DNA of 64,000 nucleotides from Acidimicrobiales bacterium (GCA_035533595.1 DATLTN010000024.1:1661-65660); one strand, 5' to 3'; shown: positions 9,261-19,338, counted from the first letter of the stretch. Notes: generated by a model from the letters alone, not told the origin. Numbers and translations: made by a program.

Positions 9261-10739
9261 TCAGAGCTCTGCCGACCAGTCGCGCGTCTCCAGCACCTTG
9301 GTCACGTCCCGGAGGAAGGCCGAGGCGTAGGCGCCGTCGACGGCGCGGTGGTCGAAGGAGAGCGCGAGCAGCCCGACCGAGTGGATCGCGATCGCCTCGC
9401 TCCCGTCGCCGGCGGTGACGACGACCGGGCGGCGCTTCACGCCGTCGGTCGAGAGGATCGCCACCTGCGGCTGGGCGATGATCGGCATCGTGAGCATCGT
9501 CCCGAAGGGGCCGGGGTTGGTGATCGAAAAGGTCCCTCCCGTGATGTCGTCGGCGGAGAGCTTGCGCGAGCGGGCGCGCGCCGCGAGGTCGGCCACCGAG
9601 CGGGCGATCCCCCGCAGCGACTGGCCGTCGGCGTGGTGCAGCACCGGGACGATCAGCCCCTCGAGGTTCAGGTCGACCGCGTAGCCGAGGTTGATGTCCT
9701 TGTGGATGACGAGCGCGTCGTCGCCGACCGAGGCGTTCAGGTGCGGGTAGTCCCGCAGCACGTCGACCACCGCCCGGCTGATGAACGGCAGGTAGGTGAG
9801 GCCGAAGCCCTCCTCGGCGCGGAAGCGGTCGCGCTGGGCGTGGCGCACCCGTTCGATGCTCTCGAAGTCGACCTCCATCGCCACCAGGGTGTGGGCGGAG
9901 GTGGCCTTCGAGCGCACCATGTGCTCCGCCGTGACGCGGCGGATCGCCGTGAAGGGCACGACCTCGTCGCGCACCCCGGTCGGAGCGGCCGGCGTGCTGA
10001 GCGGCACGGCGGGCGCCGCCGCGGGCGGAGCGGCGGCGGGAGTCGGTGCGGCGGTCGTGACCGCGGTCGAAGCCACCGGAGCGGCCGCCGCCGGTGCGGA
10101 GGCCGAGTCGAGGTAGTTGAGGACGTCGTCGCGGGTGATGCGACCGCCCATGCCCGTCCCCGGGATGGTCGAGGCGTCGAGGCCGTTCTCGCTGATCAGC
10201 TTGCGCACGACCGGCGAGAGGAGGGCGCCGCGACTGTTGTTCGCCGCGCCGCTCGCGGGCGGGGCCCCGGCCACCGCGACGGCGGCCGGGGCGGGCGCGG
10301 GAGGAGCGGCGGGAGCCGGTGGCGCGGCCGGCGGGGCGGGGGGAGCGGGTGGCGGTGGTGGCGGCGCGGCGGCGGGAGCAGGCGGCGGGGCCGGGGCCTC
10401 GGCGGCGGGTGCCGGCGGCGCCTCCGGGGCAGGCGCCGCGGAAGGAGCCTCGGGGGCGGGGGCGGCCTCAGCAGCCGGAGCGGCGGGAACGGCGGGAGCC
10501 GCGCCGGCGTCGCCGATCACCGCCAGGCGGGCGCCGACGTCGACCGTCGCGCCCTCCTCGACGAGGATCTCGGTGAGCACGCCCGCGGCGGGCGAGGGGA
10601 CCTCGGAGTCGACCTTGTCGGTCGAGACCTCGAAGATCGGCTCGTCCTGCGCGACGGTGTCACCGACCTTCTTCAGCCACCGGATGATGGTGCCCTCGGT
10701 CACCGTCTCGCCAAGCTGCGGCATCGTGATGTCAGCCAA
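9261..10739 (-). CDS. Dihydrolipoamide acyltransferase (E2 of a 2-oxoacid dehydrogenase complex)
   Basis: It has one lipoyl domain (EVSTDKVDSEVPSP), a long Ala/Pro linker, a peripheral-subunit-binding domain (SPVVRKLISENGLDASTIPGTGMGGRITRDDV) and a catalytic domain with DHRAVDG. Confidence 0.9.
   Translation of the reverse strand: MADITMPQLGETVTEGTIIRWLKKVGDTVAQDEPIFEVSTDKVDSEVPSPAAGVLTEILVEEGATVDVGARLAVIGDAGAAPAVPAAPAAEAAPAPEAPSAAPAPEAPPAPAAEAPAPPPAPAAAPPPPPPAPPAPPAAPPAPAAPPAPAPAAVAVAGAPPASGAANNSRGALLSPVVRKLISENGLDASTIPGTGMGGRITRDDVLNYLDSASAPAAAAPVASTAVTTAAPTPAAAPPAAAPAVPLSTPAAPTGVRDEVVPFTAIRRVTAEHMVRSKATSAHTLVAMEVDFESIERVRHAQRDRFRAEEGFGLTYLPFISRAVVDVLRDYPHLNASVGDDALVIHKDINLGYAVDLNLEGLIVPVLHHADGQSLRGIARSVADLAARARSRKLSADDITGGTFSITNPGPFGTMLTMPIIAQPQVAILSTDGVKRRPVVVTAGDGSEAIAIHSVGLLALSFDHRAVDGAYASAFLRDVTKVLETRDWSAEL
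10244..10514 (-). repeat. Low-complexity GC-rich coding repeat (Ala/Pro inter-domain linker of E2)
   Basis: Codons ~76-165 of E2 translate to APAVPAAPAAEAAPAPEAPSAAPAPEAPPAPAAEAPAPPPAPAAAPPPPPPAPPAPPAAPPAPAAPPAPAPAA. The DNA consists of degenerate gcggcggg/gccgg iterations. Confidence 0.6.
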
Positions 10740-12162
10740 CGTGGAGTCCCCTTCCCGTGAGAGCGAGCACCGTTTCGCCGAAGGTCTCCGACAACGACGG
10801 GTGCGGTTGAACGAACTGGGAGATCTCGTCGGGTGTGGCTTCCCAGTTGACAGAGAGATAGGCCTGGCCGAGCTGCTCGGTGACCCACGGCCCGACCATG
10901 TGCACGCCGAGGATGCGCCCGGCGCGCCCGTCGGGGCCCCGCTCGGCGATCACCTTCACGAGCCCGTCGGTCTCGCCGAGGATGCGGGCGCGGCCGTTGC
11001 CCCCGTAGGGGTCCTTCTGGACGACGACCTCGTAGCCGGCGGCGCGCGCCGCCTCCTCGGTGTAGCCGACGAAGGCGACCTCGGGGTGGCAGTAGATGCA
11101 CCACGGGACGTTGCGGTAGTCGATCGGGACCGCGGGCTCCTCGAGGATCTGCTTGATGACGAGGATCGCCTCGGCGAAGCCGACGTGCGCGAGCTGCGGG
11201 GTGGGCACGAGGTCGCCGACCGCGAAGACGTCCTCGGCGGTGGTGTGGTTCCACTCGTCGACGCGTACGAAACCCCGCTCGTCGAGCTCGACGCCGGTGC
11301 CCGGCGCGAGCAGTCCCTCGGAGAGGGGGCGGCGGCCGACCGAGATGACGACGGCGTCGACGTCGACGCGCTCGCCCTCGCCGAAGAGGACCGCGGTGCC
11401 GGTGTCGTGCGGCTCGTGGCCGCGCACGGCGACGCCGGTGCGCACCACGATCCCGCGCCGCTGGAAGCTCTTCAGCACGACGTCGGCGGCATCGCGGTCA
11501 CAGCCGGGGAGGATGTTCGGCGCGACCTCGAGGAGGGTCACCTGGCTGCCGAGGTCGGCCATCATCGAGGCGAACTCGCAGCCGATCGCCCCGCCGCCGA
11601 TCACCGCCACCGAGTGCGGGAGGACAGAGAGGTCGAGGACCTCGTCGGAGGTGAGCACGAGGCGGCCGTCGGGCTCGAAGCCCGGGATCGAGCGCGGCAC
11701 CGAGCCGGCGGCGAGGACGACGTAGGCGCCGCGCAGCTCGCGCACCGAGCCGTCGGTGGCCGTGACGCGCACCACCTTGTCGGGGAGGAGCTCGCCGGTC
11801 CCGGCGAGGACGGTCACCTTCCGCCCCTTCAACAGCCCGGTGAGGCCGCGGTAGAGCTGCTCGACGACCTTTGCCTTGCGGTCGAGGCTCACCGAGAAGT
11901 CGACCGCCGGCTGGCCCGCCTGGATGCCGAACTCCTTCGCACCGGCGACGGTCCGGTACACCGACGCCGTCTCGAGGAACTCCTTCGCGGGGATGCAGCC
12001 GCGGTGCAGGCAGGTCCCGCCTACCTTGTCCTTCTCCACCATCGCGATCGACAGCCCGGCCGCGGCGCCGTAGAGAGCTGCGGCGTAACCACCTGGTCCA
12101 CCCCCGACGATGACGACGTCGAACTCGTCGCTCAGCGCTGCATCGTCCGGCGTGGGGACCAC
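10732..12162 (-). CDS. lpd: Dihydrolipoyl dehydrogenase (E3)
   Basis: It has the FAD motif VVIVGGGPGGY, the redox disulfide GGTCLHRGCIPAK and the C-terminal interface HPSLSE. Its end overlaps the E2 start by 8 nt. Confidence 0.9.
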   Translation of the reverse strand: MVPTPDDAALSDEFDVVIVGGGPGGYAAALYGAAAGLSIAMVEKDKVGGTCLHRGCIPAKEFLETASVYRTVAGAKEFGIQAGQPAVDFSVSLDRKAKVVEQLYRGLTGLLKGRKVTVLAGTGELLPDKVVRVTATDGSVRELRGAYVVLAAGSVPRSIPGFEPDGRLVLTSDEVLDLSVLPHSVAVIGGGAIGCEFASMMADLGSQVTLLEVAPNILPGCDRDAADVVLKSFQRRGIVVRTGVAVRGHEPHDTGTAVLFGEGERVDVDAVVISVGRRPLSEGLLAPGTGVELDERGFVRVDEWNHTTAEDVFAVGDLVPTPQLAHVGFAEAILVIKQILEEPAVPIDYRNVPWCIYCHPEVAFVGYTEEAARAAGYEVVVQKDPYGGNGRARILGETDGLVKVIAERGPDGRAGRILGVHMVGPWVTEQLGQAYLSVNWEATPDEISQFVQPHPSLSETFGETVLALTGRGLHVG

Positions 12163-12248
12163 CTCCGAGTCGGGCCCGGCGGGCCGGGCGGGCTGCGATT
12201 CTTCAGGCGAAACAGGGTGCTTGCGCCCTCGCCGGGGGCCGCCTCGTA

Positions 12249-12284
12249 CTTCGCGTGCCCCGCAGCCTAGCGAGCACGCGAAAG
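12249..12284 (-). terminator. Hairpin downstream of cysC (possible terminator, no U-tract)
   Basis: tcgcgtgc (12251-12258) pairs with gcacgcga (12274-12281), with flanking pairs and a 15-nt loop. The hairpin begins ~14 nt after the cysC stop. Confidence 0.3.
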
Positions 12285-12297
12285 CGGGCGAGACGGC

Positions 12298-12918
12298 TCA
12301 TCGATACCCCGCGGGACTGTCGATCGCGCGCAGCAGGCCCCGCGCCGCGAGGTGGTCGTAGAGGGCTGCCGCGCACTGCTCGGGGGCGCAGGCGCTGCCG
12401 TCGAGCACGACGTCGGGCGCCGTCGGTGGCTCGTAGGGAGCAGAGACGCCGGTGAAGGCGGGCAGCTCCCCCTCGCGGGCGCGGCGGTAGAGGCCCTTCG
12501 GGTCGCGCGCCTCGCAGACCTCGAGCGGCGTCGCGACGTGCACCTCGACGAAGGGCGTGCCGGCGAGCTCGTGGCGGGCGCGCACCGCCGCCCGCCCGGC
12601 GGAGTAGGGGCTGATGATCGTCACCACCGAGAGGTGGCCGCGCTGGGCGAAGAGCAGCGCCACCTCACCGACCCGGCGCACGTTCTCGGCGCGATCGTCG
12701 GCGGAGAAGCCGAGGTCCGCACAGAGGCCGTCGCGCAGGTCGTCGGCGTCGAGGCGGAAGTGGTCGAAGCCCTCGACGTGCAGTCGGCGGACGAGGGCGT
12801 CGCCGATCGTCGACTTGCCGGCGCCCGAGAAGCCGGTGAGCCAGACGGTGGCGCCGACCGGGTGCCCGTCGAGCGGCCGCCCGCCGCCGCTCCCGGCGGG
12901 TGCTTCGGGGGCGGACAT
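12298..12918 (-). CDS. cysC: Adenylylsulfate (APS) kinase
   Basis: It has the P-loop WLTGFSGAGKSTI, a ...DADDLR... segment and a typical ~200-aa size. Confidence 0.9.
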   Translation of the reverse strand: MSAPEAPAGSGGGRPLDGHPVGATVWLTGFSGAGKSTIGDALVRRLHVEGFDHFRLDADDLRDGLCADLGFSADDRAENVRRVGEVALLFAQRGHLSVVTIISPYSAGRAAVRARHELAGTPFVEVHVATPLEVCEARDPKGLYRRAREGELPAFTGVSAPYEPPTAPDVVLDGSACAPEQCAAALYDHLAARGLLRAIDSPAGYR

Positions 12919-12927
12919 CGCCGGGGG

Positions 12928-14181
12928 CTACTGGCGCGGACGGAGGATCATCCCCGCCGCGACGGTGGTGTTGGAGGCGTCATCGACCAGGATGAAGCTG
13001 CCCGTCGTGCGGTTGCGGCCGTACTCGTCGTAGAACAGCGGCGCCGTGGTGCGGATGTCGATGCGACCGATGTCGTTCAGCGCGAGCTCCTCGACGGGGC
13101 GCACGCGGTGCAGCGTGTTCACGTCGAGGCGGTAGTGCAGCTCGGTGACGAGCGCCTTGGCCCAGTGGGTGGTGTGCTTCAGCGAGAGCTTGGCCCCCGC
13201 GCGGAGCGGCCCCTCGGCCATCCAGCAGATCATCGCCGAGAGGTCCTGGCCGATCTCGGGCTGGTTGTGCGGGTGGCAGAACATGTCGCCGCGGCTGATG
13301 TCGAGTTCGTCGGTGATGTGCACGATCACCGACATCGGCGGGAAGGCCTCGCTGACGGGGCCGTCGGCTGTCTCGATCGCCTCCACCTTGGTGGTGAAGC
13401 CCGACGGGAGCACGAGGATCTCGTCGCCGAGCTCGAGGACGCCGCCCGCCACCTGGCCTGCGTAGCCGCGGTAGTCATGGAGGTCCGCGGAGCGCGGCCG
13501 CACCACCCGCTGCACGGGGAACCTGAGGTCGACCATGTTGCGGTCGGAGGCGATGTGCACCTCCTCCAGGTGATGGAGGAGCGAGGTCCCCTGGTACCAG
13601 GGCATCTCCAGGCTGCGGTCGACGACGTTGTCACCCACGAGCGCGGAGATCGGGATGAAGGTGAGGTCCGGGATCGCGAGGCGCGCCGCGAAGTCCTGGA
13701 ACTCGGCGCGCACCTCATCAAAGCGCCGCTGGTCGTAGTCGACGAGGTCCATCTTGTTGATGCAGATCACGAAGTGCGGGATCCGAAGCAGCGAGGCGAT
13801 GAAGGCGTGGCGCTTGGTCTGCTCGGTGATCCCGAGGCGGGCGTCGACGAGGACCACCACGAGGTCCGCCGTCGAGCAGCCGGTGACCATGTTGCGGGTG
13901 TGCTGGGTGTGGCCGGGGGTGTCGGCGATGATGAACTTGCGCCGCGGCGTCGCGAAGTAGCGGTAGGCGACGTCGATCGTGATGCCCTGCTCGCGCTCGG
14001 CGCGAAGGCCGTCGGTCAGTAGCGCAAGGTCGACGTACTCGTCGCCGCGCGCCATCGACGTCCGCTCGATCGCCTCCATCTGGTCCTCGAAGACCTGCTT
14101 GGAGTCGTACAACAGTCGGCCGATGAGGGTCGACTTGCCGTCGTCGACCGAGCCCGCGGTGGCGAAGCGGAGAAGCTCCAT
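12928..14181 (-). CDS. cysN: Sulfate adenylyltransferase subunit 1 (GTPase)
   Basis: It has G1 GSVDDGKSTLIGRLL, G3 DTPGH and G4 NKMDL. It is not fused to the APS-kinase domain. Confidence 0.9.
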   Translation of the reverse strand: MELLRFATAGSVDDGKSTLIGRLLYDSKQVFEDQMEAIERTSMARGDEYVDLALLTDGLRAEREQGITIDVAYRYFATPRRKFIIADTPGHTQHTRNMVTGCSTADLVVVLVDARLGITEQTKRHAFIASLLRIPHFVICINKMDLVDYDQRRFDEVRAEFQDFAARLAIPDLTFIPISALVGDNVVDRSLEMPWYQGTSLLHHLEEVHIASDRNMVDLRFPVQRVVRPRSADLHDYRGYAGQVAGGVLELGDEILVLPSGFTTKVEAIETADGPVSEAFPPMSVIVHITDELDISRGDMFCHPHNQPEIGQDLSAMICWMAEGPLRAGAKLSLKHTTHWAKALVTELHYRLDVNTLHRVRPVEELALNDIGRIDIRTTAPLFYDEYGRNRTTGSFILVDDASNTTVAAGMILRPRQ

Positions 14182-14209
14182 CAGTGCTGGGCGGGGAGGG
14201 GGGGGCGCA

Positions 14210-15118
14210 TCAGAAGTAGCCCTCCTTCTTGCGGTCCTCCATCGCGGCCTCCGAGAACCGGTCGTCGGCGCGGGTCGCGCCGCGCTCGGAGATCCGCGTC
14301 ACCGAGGTCTCCGCGATCACGTCGGCGGGGGTCGCAGCTGCCGACTCGACGGCCGCGGTGCAGGTCATGTCGCCGACGGTGCGGTAGCGCACGGTCGCGA
14401 GGAAGGGGGCCTCGTCGGGGTTCACGGGCTTGGTGTAGGGGCCAACCGCGAGCAGCATCCCGTCGCGGCGGAAGACCTCGCGGCTGTGCGCGTAGTAGAT
14501 CGAGGGGAGGTCGAGACCCTCCCGCTCGATGTACTGCCAGATGTCGAGCTCGGTCCAGTTGGAGAGCGGGAAGACCCGGAAGTGCTGGCCGGGGCGGTGG
14601 CGGCCGTTGTAGAGGTTCCACAGCTCGGGGCGCTGGCCGCGGGGGTCCCACTGACCGAACTCGTCGCGAAAGGAGTAGATGCGCTCCTTCGCGCGCGCCT
14701 TCTCCTCGTCGCGCCGCCCTCCGCCGAAGACCGCGTCGAAGCGGTGCTGCTCGATCGCCTTCAGGAGGCTGTGCGTCTGCAGGCGGTTGCGGGTGGCGCC
14801 GGGGGCGGTGTCCTCGACGACCTCGCCGGCGTCGATCGCCTCCTGGACGGAGGCGACGAGCAGGCGGACACCGAGCTCGGTGGCACGGCGGTCACGGAAC
14901 TCGAGCACCTCGTCGAAGTTGTGGCCGGTGTCGATGTGCACGACCGGGAAAGGGACGACCTGTGGCCAGCAGGCCTTGGCCGCGAGGTGCAGCAGCACGG
15001 CCGAGTCCTTGCCGCCGGAGAAGAGCAGGCCGGGCCGCTCGAACTCCGCGACGACCTCCCTGATGACGTGGATCGCCTCGGATTCGAGCGCGTCAAGGTG
15101 TGTGAGCTGGTAGGTCAT
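14210..15118 (-). CDS. cysD: Sulfate adenylyltransferase subunit 2
   Basis: It has the PP-loop SGGKDS, an N-terminus LTHLDALESEAIHVIREV and a C-terminus ...EDRKKEGYF. Confidence 0.9.
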   Translation of the reverse strand: MTYQLTHLDALESEAIHVIREVVAEFERPGLLFSGGKDSAVLLHLAAKACWPQVVPFPVVHIDTGHNFDEVLEFRDRRATELGVRLLVASVQEAIDAGEVVEDTAPGATRNRLQTHSLLKAIEQHRFDAVFGGGRRDEEKARAKERIYSFRDEFGQWDPRGQRPELWNLYNGRHRPGQHFRVFPLSNWTELDIWQYIEREGLDLPSIYYAHSREVFRRDGMLLAVGPYTKPVNPDEAPFLATVRYRTVGDMTCTAAVESAAATPADVIAETSVTRISERGATRADDRFSEAAMEDRKKEGYF

Positions 15119-15163
15119 GAAACTCTGATCATTCTAGTCAACAATTAGCCGGGGCCTCCGAGG

Positions 15164-15955
15164 GTGGCCCCACGGCGTCCGGTGGGCACGCCGCCGCAGG
15201 ACGATACTGGCGTGGTGGACGTCCACCCCCTCGCCGAGCCCTTCGCGCTGACCTCGGACTCCTACGAGCGCGGCCGCCCCGAGTACCCCGACGAGCTGCT
15301 CGCCTTCGCGGCGGCGCTCGCCGGCCTCGGGCCGGGCAAGGTGGCGGTCGATCTCGGGGCAGGGACCGGCAAGTTCACCCGCGGCCTGCTGCGCAGCGGG
15401 GCGCGCGTCGTCGAGCCGCTCGACAAGATGCGCGCCGAATTCGCCCGCGTCCTCCCCGACGTGGAGTGCCTCGCCGGCGGCGCGCACGCCATCCCCGCGC
15501 CCGACGCGAGCGCCGACCTCGTCTCCTGCGCCCAGAGCTTCCACTGGTTCGCCGAAGAGGAGGCGCTCACCGAGATCGCCCGCGTGCTGCGCCCGGGGGG
15601 CGTGCTCTTCCTCGTCTGGAACCACCGCGACCTCTCCGACCCGTTGCAGTCGCTCATCGAGACGATCCAGGACGAGCACCACGCCGCGGGGATCCCCACC
15701 TCGCGGACCGGCGAGTGGCAGGCGCTGATGGCGAGTGCCGCGCGCTTCGTCCCGCTCGAGGCGCGGCACTTCGTCCACACCCAGCACACCGACCACGAGA
15801 CGGCGCTCGCCCGCGTGCTCTCGACGACCTCGGTGGCGCGCATGGACGACCTGGCGCGCCGCCGGATCCTCACCCAGGTCGGGGCGATCGTGCCGCCGGG
15901 GACGACGCGGGAGGTCCCCTTCGTCGCCGACGCCTACGCCTTCCGCCGCGTCTGA
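15164..15955 (+). CDS. Class I SAM-dependent methyltransferase
   Basis: It has motif I VAVDLGAGTGKF and the post-I/II elements ...ADLVSCAQSFHWF... and RVLRPGGVLFLVW. The start is uncertain. Confidence 0.75.
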   Translation: MAPRRPVGTPPQDDTGVVDVHPLAEPFALTSDSYERGRPEYPDELLAFAAALAGLGPGKVAVDLGAGTGKFTRGLLRSGARVVEPLDKMRAEFARVLPDVECLAGGAHAIPAPDASADLVSCAQSFHWFAEEEALTEIARVLRPGGVLFLVWNHRDLSDPLQSLIETIQDEHHAAGIPTSRTGEWQALMASAARFVPLEARHFVHTQHTDHETALARVLSTTSVARMDDLARRRILTQVGAIVPPGTTREVPFVADAYAFRRV

Positions 15956-16019
15956 GCCCGAGGGGCGCTGCGCCGGTCACAACGACCGACGGATCGCTCG
16001 GCCCGGTGCCGCACAGCGT

Positions 16020-16487
16020 CTACCCCGCCGAGCCGACGATGTCCGCCGAGCGCCGACCGCTCCCGGTGCGGGCCGCCTCCACCGCGAGACCGTCGACGAC
16101 CTCGTTCATCGCGTCCCCGGCGTGGCCCTTCACCCAGCGGAAGGTGACCTCGCCGGCGCGCGTCCCGATGATCTCGGTGACGAGCGGCTCCCAGAGGTCG
16201 CGGTTGGCGACCGGCTCGTGCTTCGAGTTCCTCCAGCCGCGGCGGATCCACCCAGCCCACCAGCGGTCGCGGAAGCAGTTCACGACGTAGGTGGAGTCGC
16301 TCACGATCTCGAGCTCGCCAGGGTGCGCGGCGACGGCCTCGATCACCGCGGTGAGCTCCATCCGCTGGTTCGTCGTGTGCGCCGCGGCGCCGGAGGCGAA
16401 GGCCTCGGGCGAGCGCGCCCAGGCCCAGCCCCCCGGACCCGGGTTTCCGAGGCAGGCGCCGTCGGTGAAGACAGTCGTGGGGGCCAT
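16020..16487 (-). CDS. rnhA: Ribonuclease HI
   Basis: The motifs are TDGACLGNPGPGGWA, TNQRMELTA, SDSTYV and VKGHAGD..NE.VD.LA, which carry the DEDD catalytic residues. Confidence 0.9.
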   Translation of the reverse strand: MAPTTVFTDGACLGNPGPGGWAWARSPEAFASGAAAHTTNQRMELTAVIEAVAAHPGELEIVSDSTYVVNCFRDRWWAGWIRRGWRNSKHEPVANRDLWEPLVTEIIGTRAGEVTFRWVKGHAGDAMNEVVDGLAVEAARTGSGRRSADIVGSAG

Positions 16488-16575
16488 CGGGCCAGTCTGG
16501 CCGACGGGGCCGCGCCGATAGCATCTTGCGTCGGCTAACTACCAGGGGATCGACAACGAGCGCGAGACTGACAAC

Positions 16576-19299
16576 GTGATCTTCGACGGATTCTCCCACC
16601 AGCTGCCCGACATTGACCCGGGCGAAACCGAGGAGTGGCTCGAGTCGCTCGACGCCGTCATCGACGTGCGGGGCAAGAACCGGGCGAGATTCCTGCTGAT
16701 GAAGCTGCTCGAACGGGCGCGAGAGACCCAGGTGGGCTTCCCCGCCACCGTCTCGACGCCGTACGTGAACTCGATCCCGCCGGACCACGAGCCCTACTTC
16801 CCCGGCGATGAGTACATGGAGCGGCGCATCCGCGCCTACATCCGCTGGAACGCGGCGGTGATGGTGACGAGGGCGAACATCCGCGACCACGGGATCGGCG
16901 GCCACCTCTCCACCTACGCGAGCTCGGCCTCGCTCTATGAGGTCGGCTTCAACCACTTCTTCAGCGGCAAGGACGAGAGCGCCGGCGACCAGGTCTACTT
17001 CCAGGGCCACGCCTCGCCGGGCATCTACGCCCGCGCCTTCGTCGAGGGGCGCCTCGACGAGGAGCACCTCGACAACTTCCGCTTCGAGACCGGTGGCCAC
17101 GGCCTCTCGAGCTACCCGCACCCCCGCCTGATGCCCGACTTCTGGGAGTTCCCCACGGTCTCGATGGGCCTCGGGCCGCTCGCCGCCGTCTACCAGGCGC
17201 GCTTCAACCGCTACCTGCTGCACCGCGAGATCGTCGACACGGCCGGCTCGCGGGTCTGGGCCTTCGTCGGCGACGGCGAGTTCGACGAGCCCGAGACGCG
17301 CGCCGGCCTCAGCCTCGCCGGGCGGGACAAGCTCGACAACCTCATCTACGTCGTGAACTGCAACCTGCAGCGCCTCGACGGCCCCGTCCGCGGCAACGGG
17401 AAGATCATCCAGGAGCTCGAGGCGGAGTTCCGGGGCAACGGCTGGAACGTGATCAAGGTGATCTGGGGCTCGCGCTGGGACGAGCTGCTCGCCCGCGACG
17501 TCGACGGCCTGCTCGTGAACAAGATGAACGTCACCCCCGACGGCGACTTCCAGAAGTACGCCACCGAGGGGGGCTCCTACATCCGCGAGCACTTCTTCGG
17601 CCCCGACCCGCGCCTCCGGGCCCTCGTCGAGCACCTCTCCGACGAGGAGCTCGAGACGCTGCCGCGCGGCGGGCATGACTACCGCAAGCTCTACGCCGCC
17701 TACAAGGTGGCGACCGAGCACACCGGCGCCCCGACGGCGATCCTCGCGAAGACGATCAAGGGCTGGACCCTCGGCCCCCAGATCGAGGCGCGCAACGCCA
17801 CCCACCAGATCAAGGAGATGACCGGCGACCAGCTCCGGCTGCTGCGCGACCGCCTCTTCCTCCACGAGGAGATCCCCGAGACCGCCCTCGAGGCGCACGA
17901 CCCGCCGTACTACCGCCCCGAGAAGGGCTCCGCCGCCTGGGAGTACATGATGGCGAGGCGCAGCGAGCGGGGCGGCGTCCTCCCGCAGCGCATCGTGCGC
18001 GGCGAGGGCCTCGCCGGCCTCCCCGCCCCCGAGCAGAAGACCTTCGAGGAGTTCCGCGCCGGCTCGCGCGGCCGCGAGGTCTCGACGACGATGGCCTTCG
18101 CGGCGCTGCTCAGGAACCTGCTGCGCGACCCGAACCTCGGTCGCTACGTGGTGCCGATCATCCCCGACGAGGGGCGGACCTTCGGCTTCGACTCGCTCTT
18201 CTCCGAGGTGAAGATCTACGCCCCCGGCGGCCAGCTGTACACCTCGGTCGACGCCGGGATGCTCCTCCAGTACGCGGAGAGCGAGAAGGGCCAGATCCTG
18301 GAGGAGGGCATCTCCGAGGCGGGCGGGATGGCGAGCTTCCTCGCCGCCGCGACCGCCTACTCGACCTGGTCAAGGCCGATGCTCCCCTTCTTCCTCTACT
18401 ACTCGATGTTCGGCTTCCAGCGGGTCGGCGACATGATCTGGCAGGCCGCCGACGCGAGGGCGCGGGGCTTCCTCCTCGGCTGCACGGCCGGGCGGACGAC
18501 GCTGAACGGCGAGGGGCTGCAGCACGAGGACGGCCAGTCGCTGCTGCTCGCCTCGGCGGTGCCGAACGTGAGGGCCTACGACCCCGCCTTCGCCTACGAG
18601 GTGGCGACGATCGTCGCCAAGGGCATCGACGAGATGTACGGCCCCGAGGCCCAGGACGCCATCTACTACCTCACCCTCTACAACGAGAACTACCCGATGC
18701 CGGCGATGGCCGAGGGCGAGGAGGAGCGGATCACGGGCGGCATCGTCCGCGGCCTCTACCGCTTCGCCGAGGCGGCGCCGGTCGCCTCGGGTGAGCTCTC
18801 CTCGCGCCGGGCGACGATCCTGTTCTCCGGGAGCGCCTGGCACGAGGCGATGCGCGCCCGCGACCTCCTCGCCGAGCAGTGGAACGTCTCCGCCGAGGCC
18901 TGGTCAGCGACGAGCTACAAGGCGCTGCGCGAGGAGGCCCTCGAGGTCGAGCGCTGGAACCGCCTCCACCCGCTCGAGAGCCCGCGCGTCGCCTTCGTAA
19001 CGAGCGAGCTCGACCAGAGCGCCGGGCCGATCGTCGCGGTGAGCGACTTCATGAAGGTCGTCGCCGACGAGGTGGCGCGCTTTGTTCACGCCCCCTTCAC
19101 CGCGCTCGGCACCGACGGCTTCGGCCGCTCGGACACCCGCGCTGCGCTGCGCCGCCACTTCGAGATCGACGCCGAGCACGTCGTGGTCGCGGTGCTCTCC
19201 GAGCTCTGCGCGGCGGGCGAGGTGAAGGCCGAGGAGGTGGCCGAGGCGATCGAGCGCTACGGCCTCGACACCGAGGCGATCGACCCGCGCCTCGCATAG
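16576..19299 (+). CDS. aceE: Pyruvate dehydrogenase E1 component, homodimeric type
   Basis: It is 907 aa with an AceE-type N-terminus (DPGETEEWLESLDAVI..GKNRARFLL) and the ThDP motif GDGEFDEPE...NCNLQRLDG. Confidence 0.92.
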   Translation: MIFDGFSHQLPDIDPGETEEWLESLDAVIDVRGKNRARFLLMKLLERARETQVGFPATVSTPYVNSIPPDHEPYFPGDEYMERRIRAYIRWNAAVMVTRANIRDHGIGGHLSTYASSASLYEVGFNHFFSGKDESAGDQVYFQGHASPGIYARAFVEGRLDEEHLDNFRFETGGHGLSSYPHPRLMPDFWEFPTVSMGLGPLAAVYQARFNRYLLHREIVDTAGSRVWAFVGDGEFDEPETRAGLSLAGRDKLDNLIYVVNCNLQRLDGPVRGNGKIIQELEAEFRGNGWNVIKVIWGSRWDELLARDVDGLLVNKMNVTPDGDFQKYATEGGSYIREHFFGPDPRLRALVEHLSDEELETLPRGGHDYRKLYAAYKVATEHTGAPTAILAKTIKGWTLGPQIEARNATHQIKEMTGDQLRLLRDRLFLHEEIPETALEAHDPPYYRPEKGSAAWEYMMARRSERGGVLPQRIVRGEGLAGLPAPEQKTFEEFRAGSRGREVSTTMAFAALLRNLLRDPNLGRYVVPIIPDEGRTFGFDSLFSEVKIYAPGGQLYTSVDAGMLLQYAESEKGQILEEGISEAGGMASFLAAATAYSTWSRPMLPFFLYYSMFGFQRVGDMIWQAADARARGFLLGCTAGRTTLNGEGLQHEDGQSLLLASAVPNVRAYDPAFAYEVATIVAKGIDEMYGPEAQDAIYYLTLYNENYPMPAMAEGEEERITGGIVRGLYRFAEAAPVASGELSSRRATILFSGSAWHEAMRARDLLAEQWNVSAEAWSATSYKALREEALEVERWNRLHPLESPRVAFVTSELDQSAGPIVAVSDFMKVVADEVARFVHAPFTALGTDGFGRSDTRAALRRHFEIDAEHVVVAVLSELCAAGEVKAEEVAEAIERYGLDTEAIDPRLA

Positions 19300-19338
19300 C
19301 AACGATGGGGCCGTCGGCGCCCGCCCGAGGGAGGGCGC

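Noticed and set aside
10244-10514. GC-rich iterated sequence that could be mistaken for a tandem-repeat or CRISPR-like array.
   Set aside because: It lies in frame inside the E2 gene and encodes the Ala/Pro inter-domain linker. It has no regular repeat-spacer periodicity.
15119-15163. ttgactagaat upstream of cysD as a promoter (-35 and -10 hexamers).
   Set aside because: The two hexamer-like elements are directly adjacent rather than ~17 nt apart. Only the tagaat could be a -10 element, which is too little to call.
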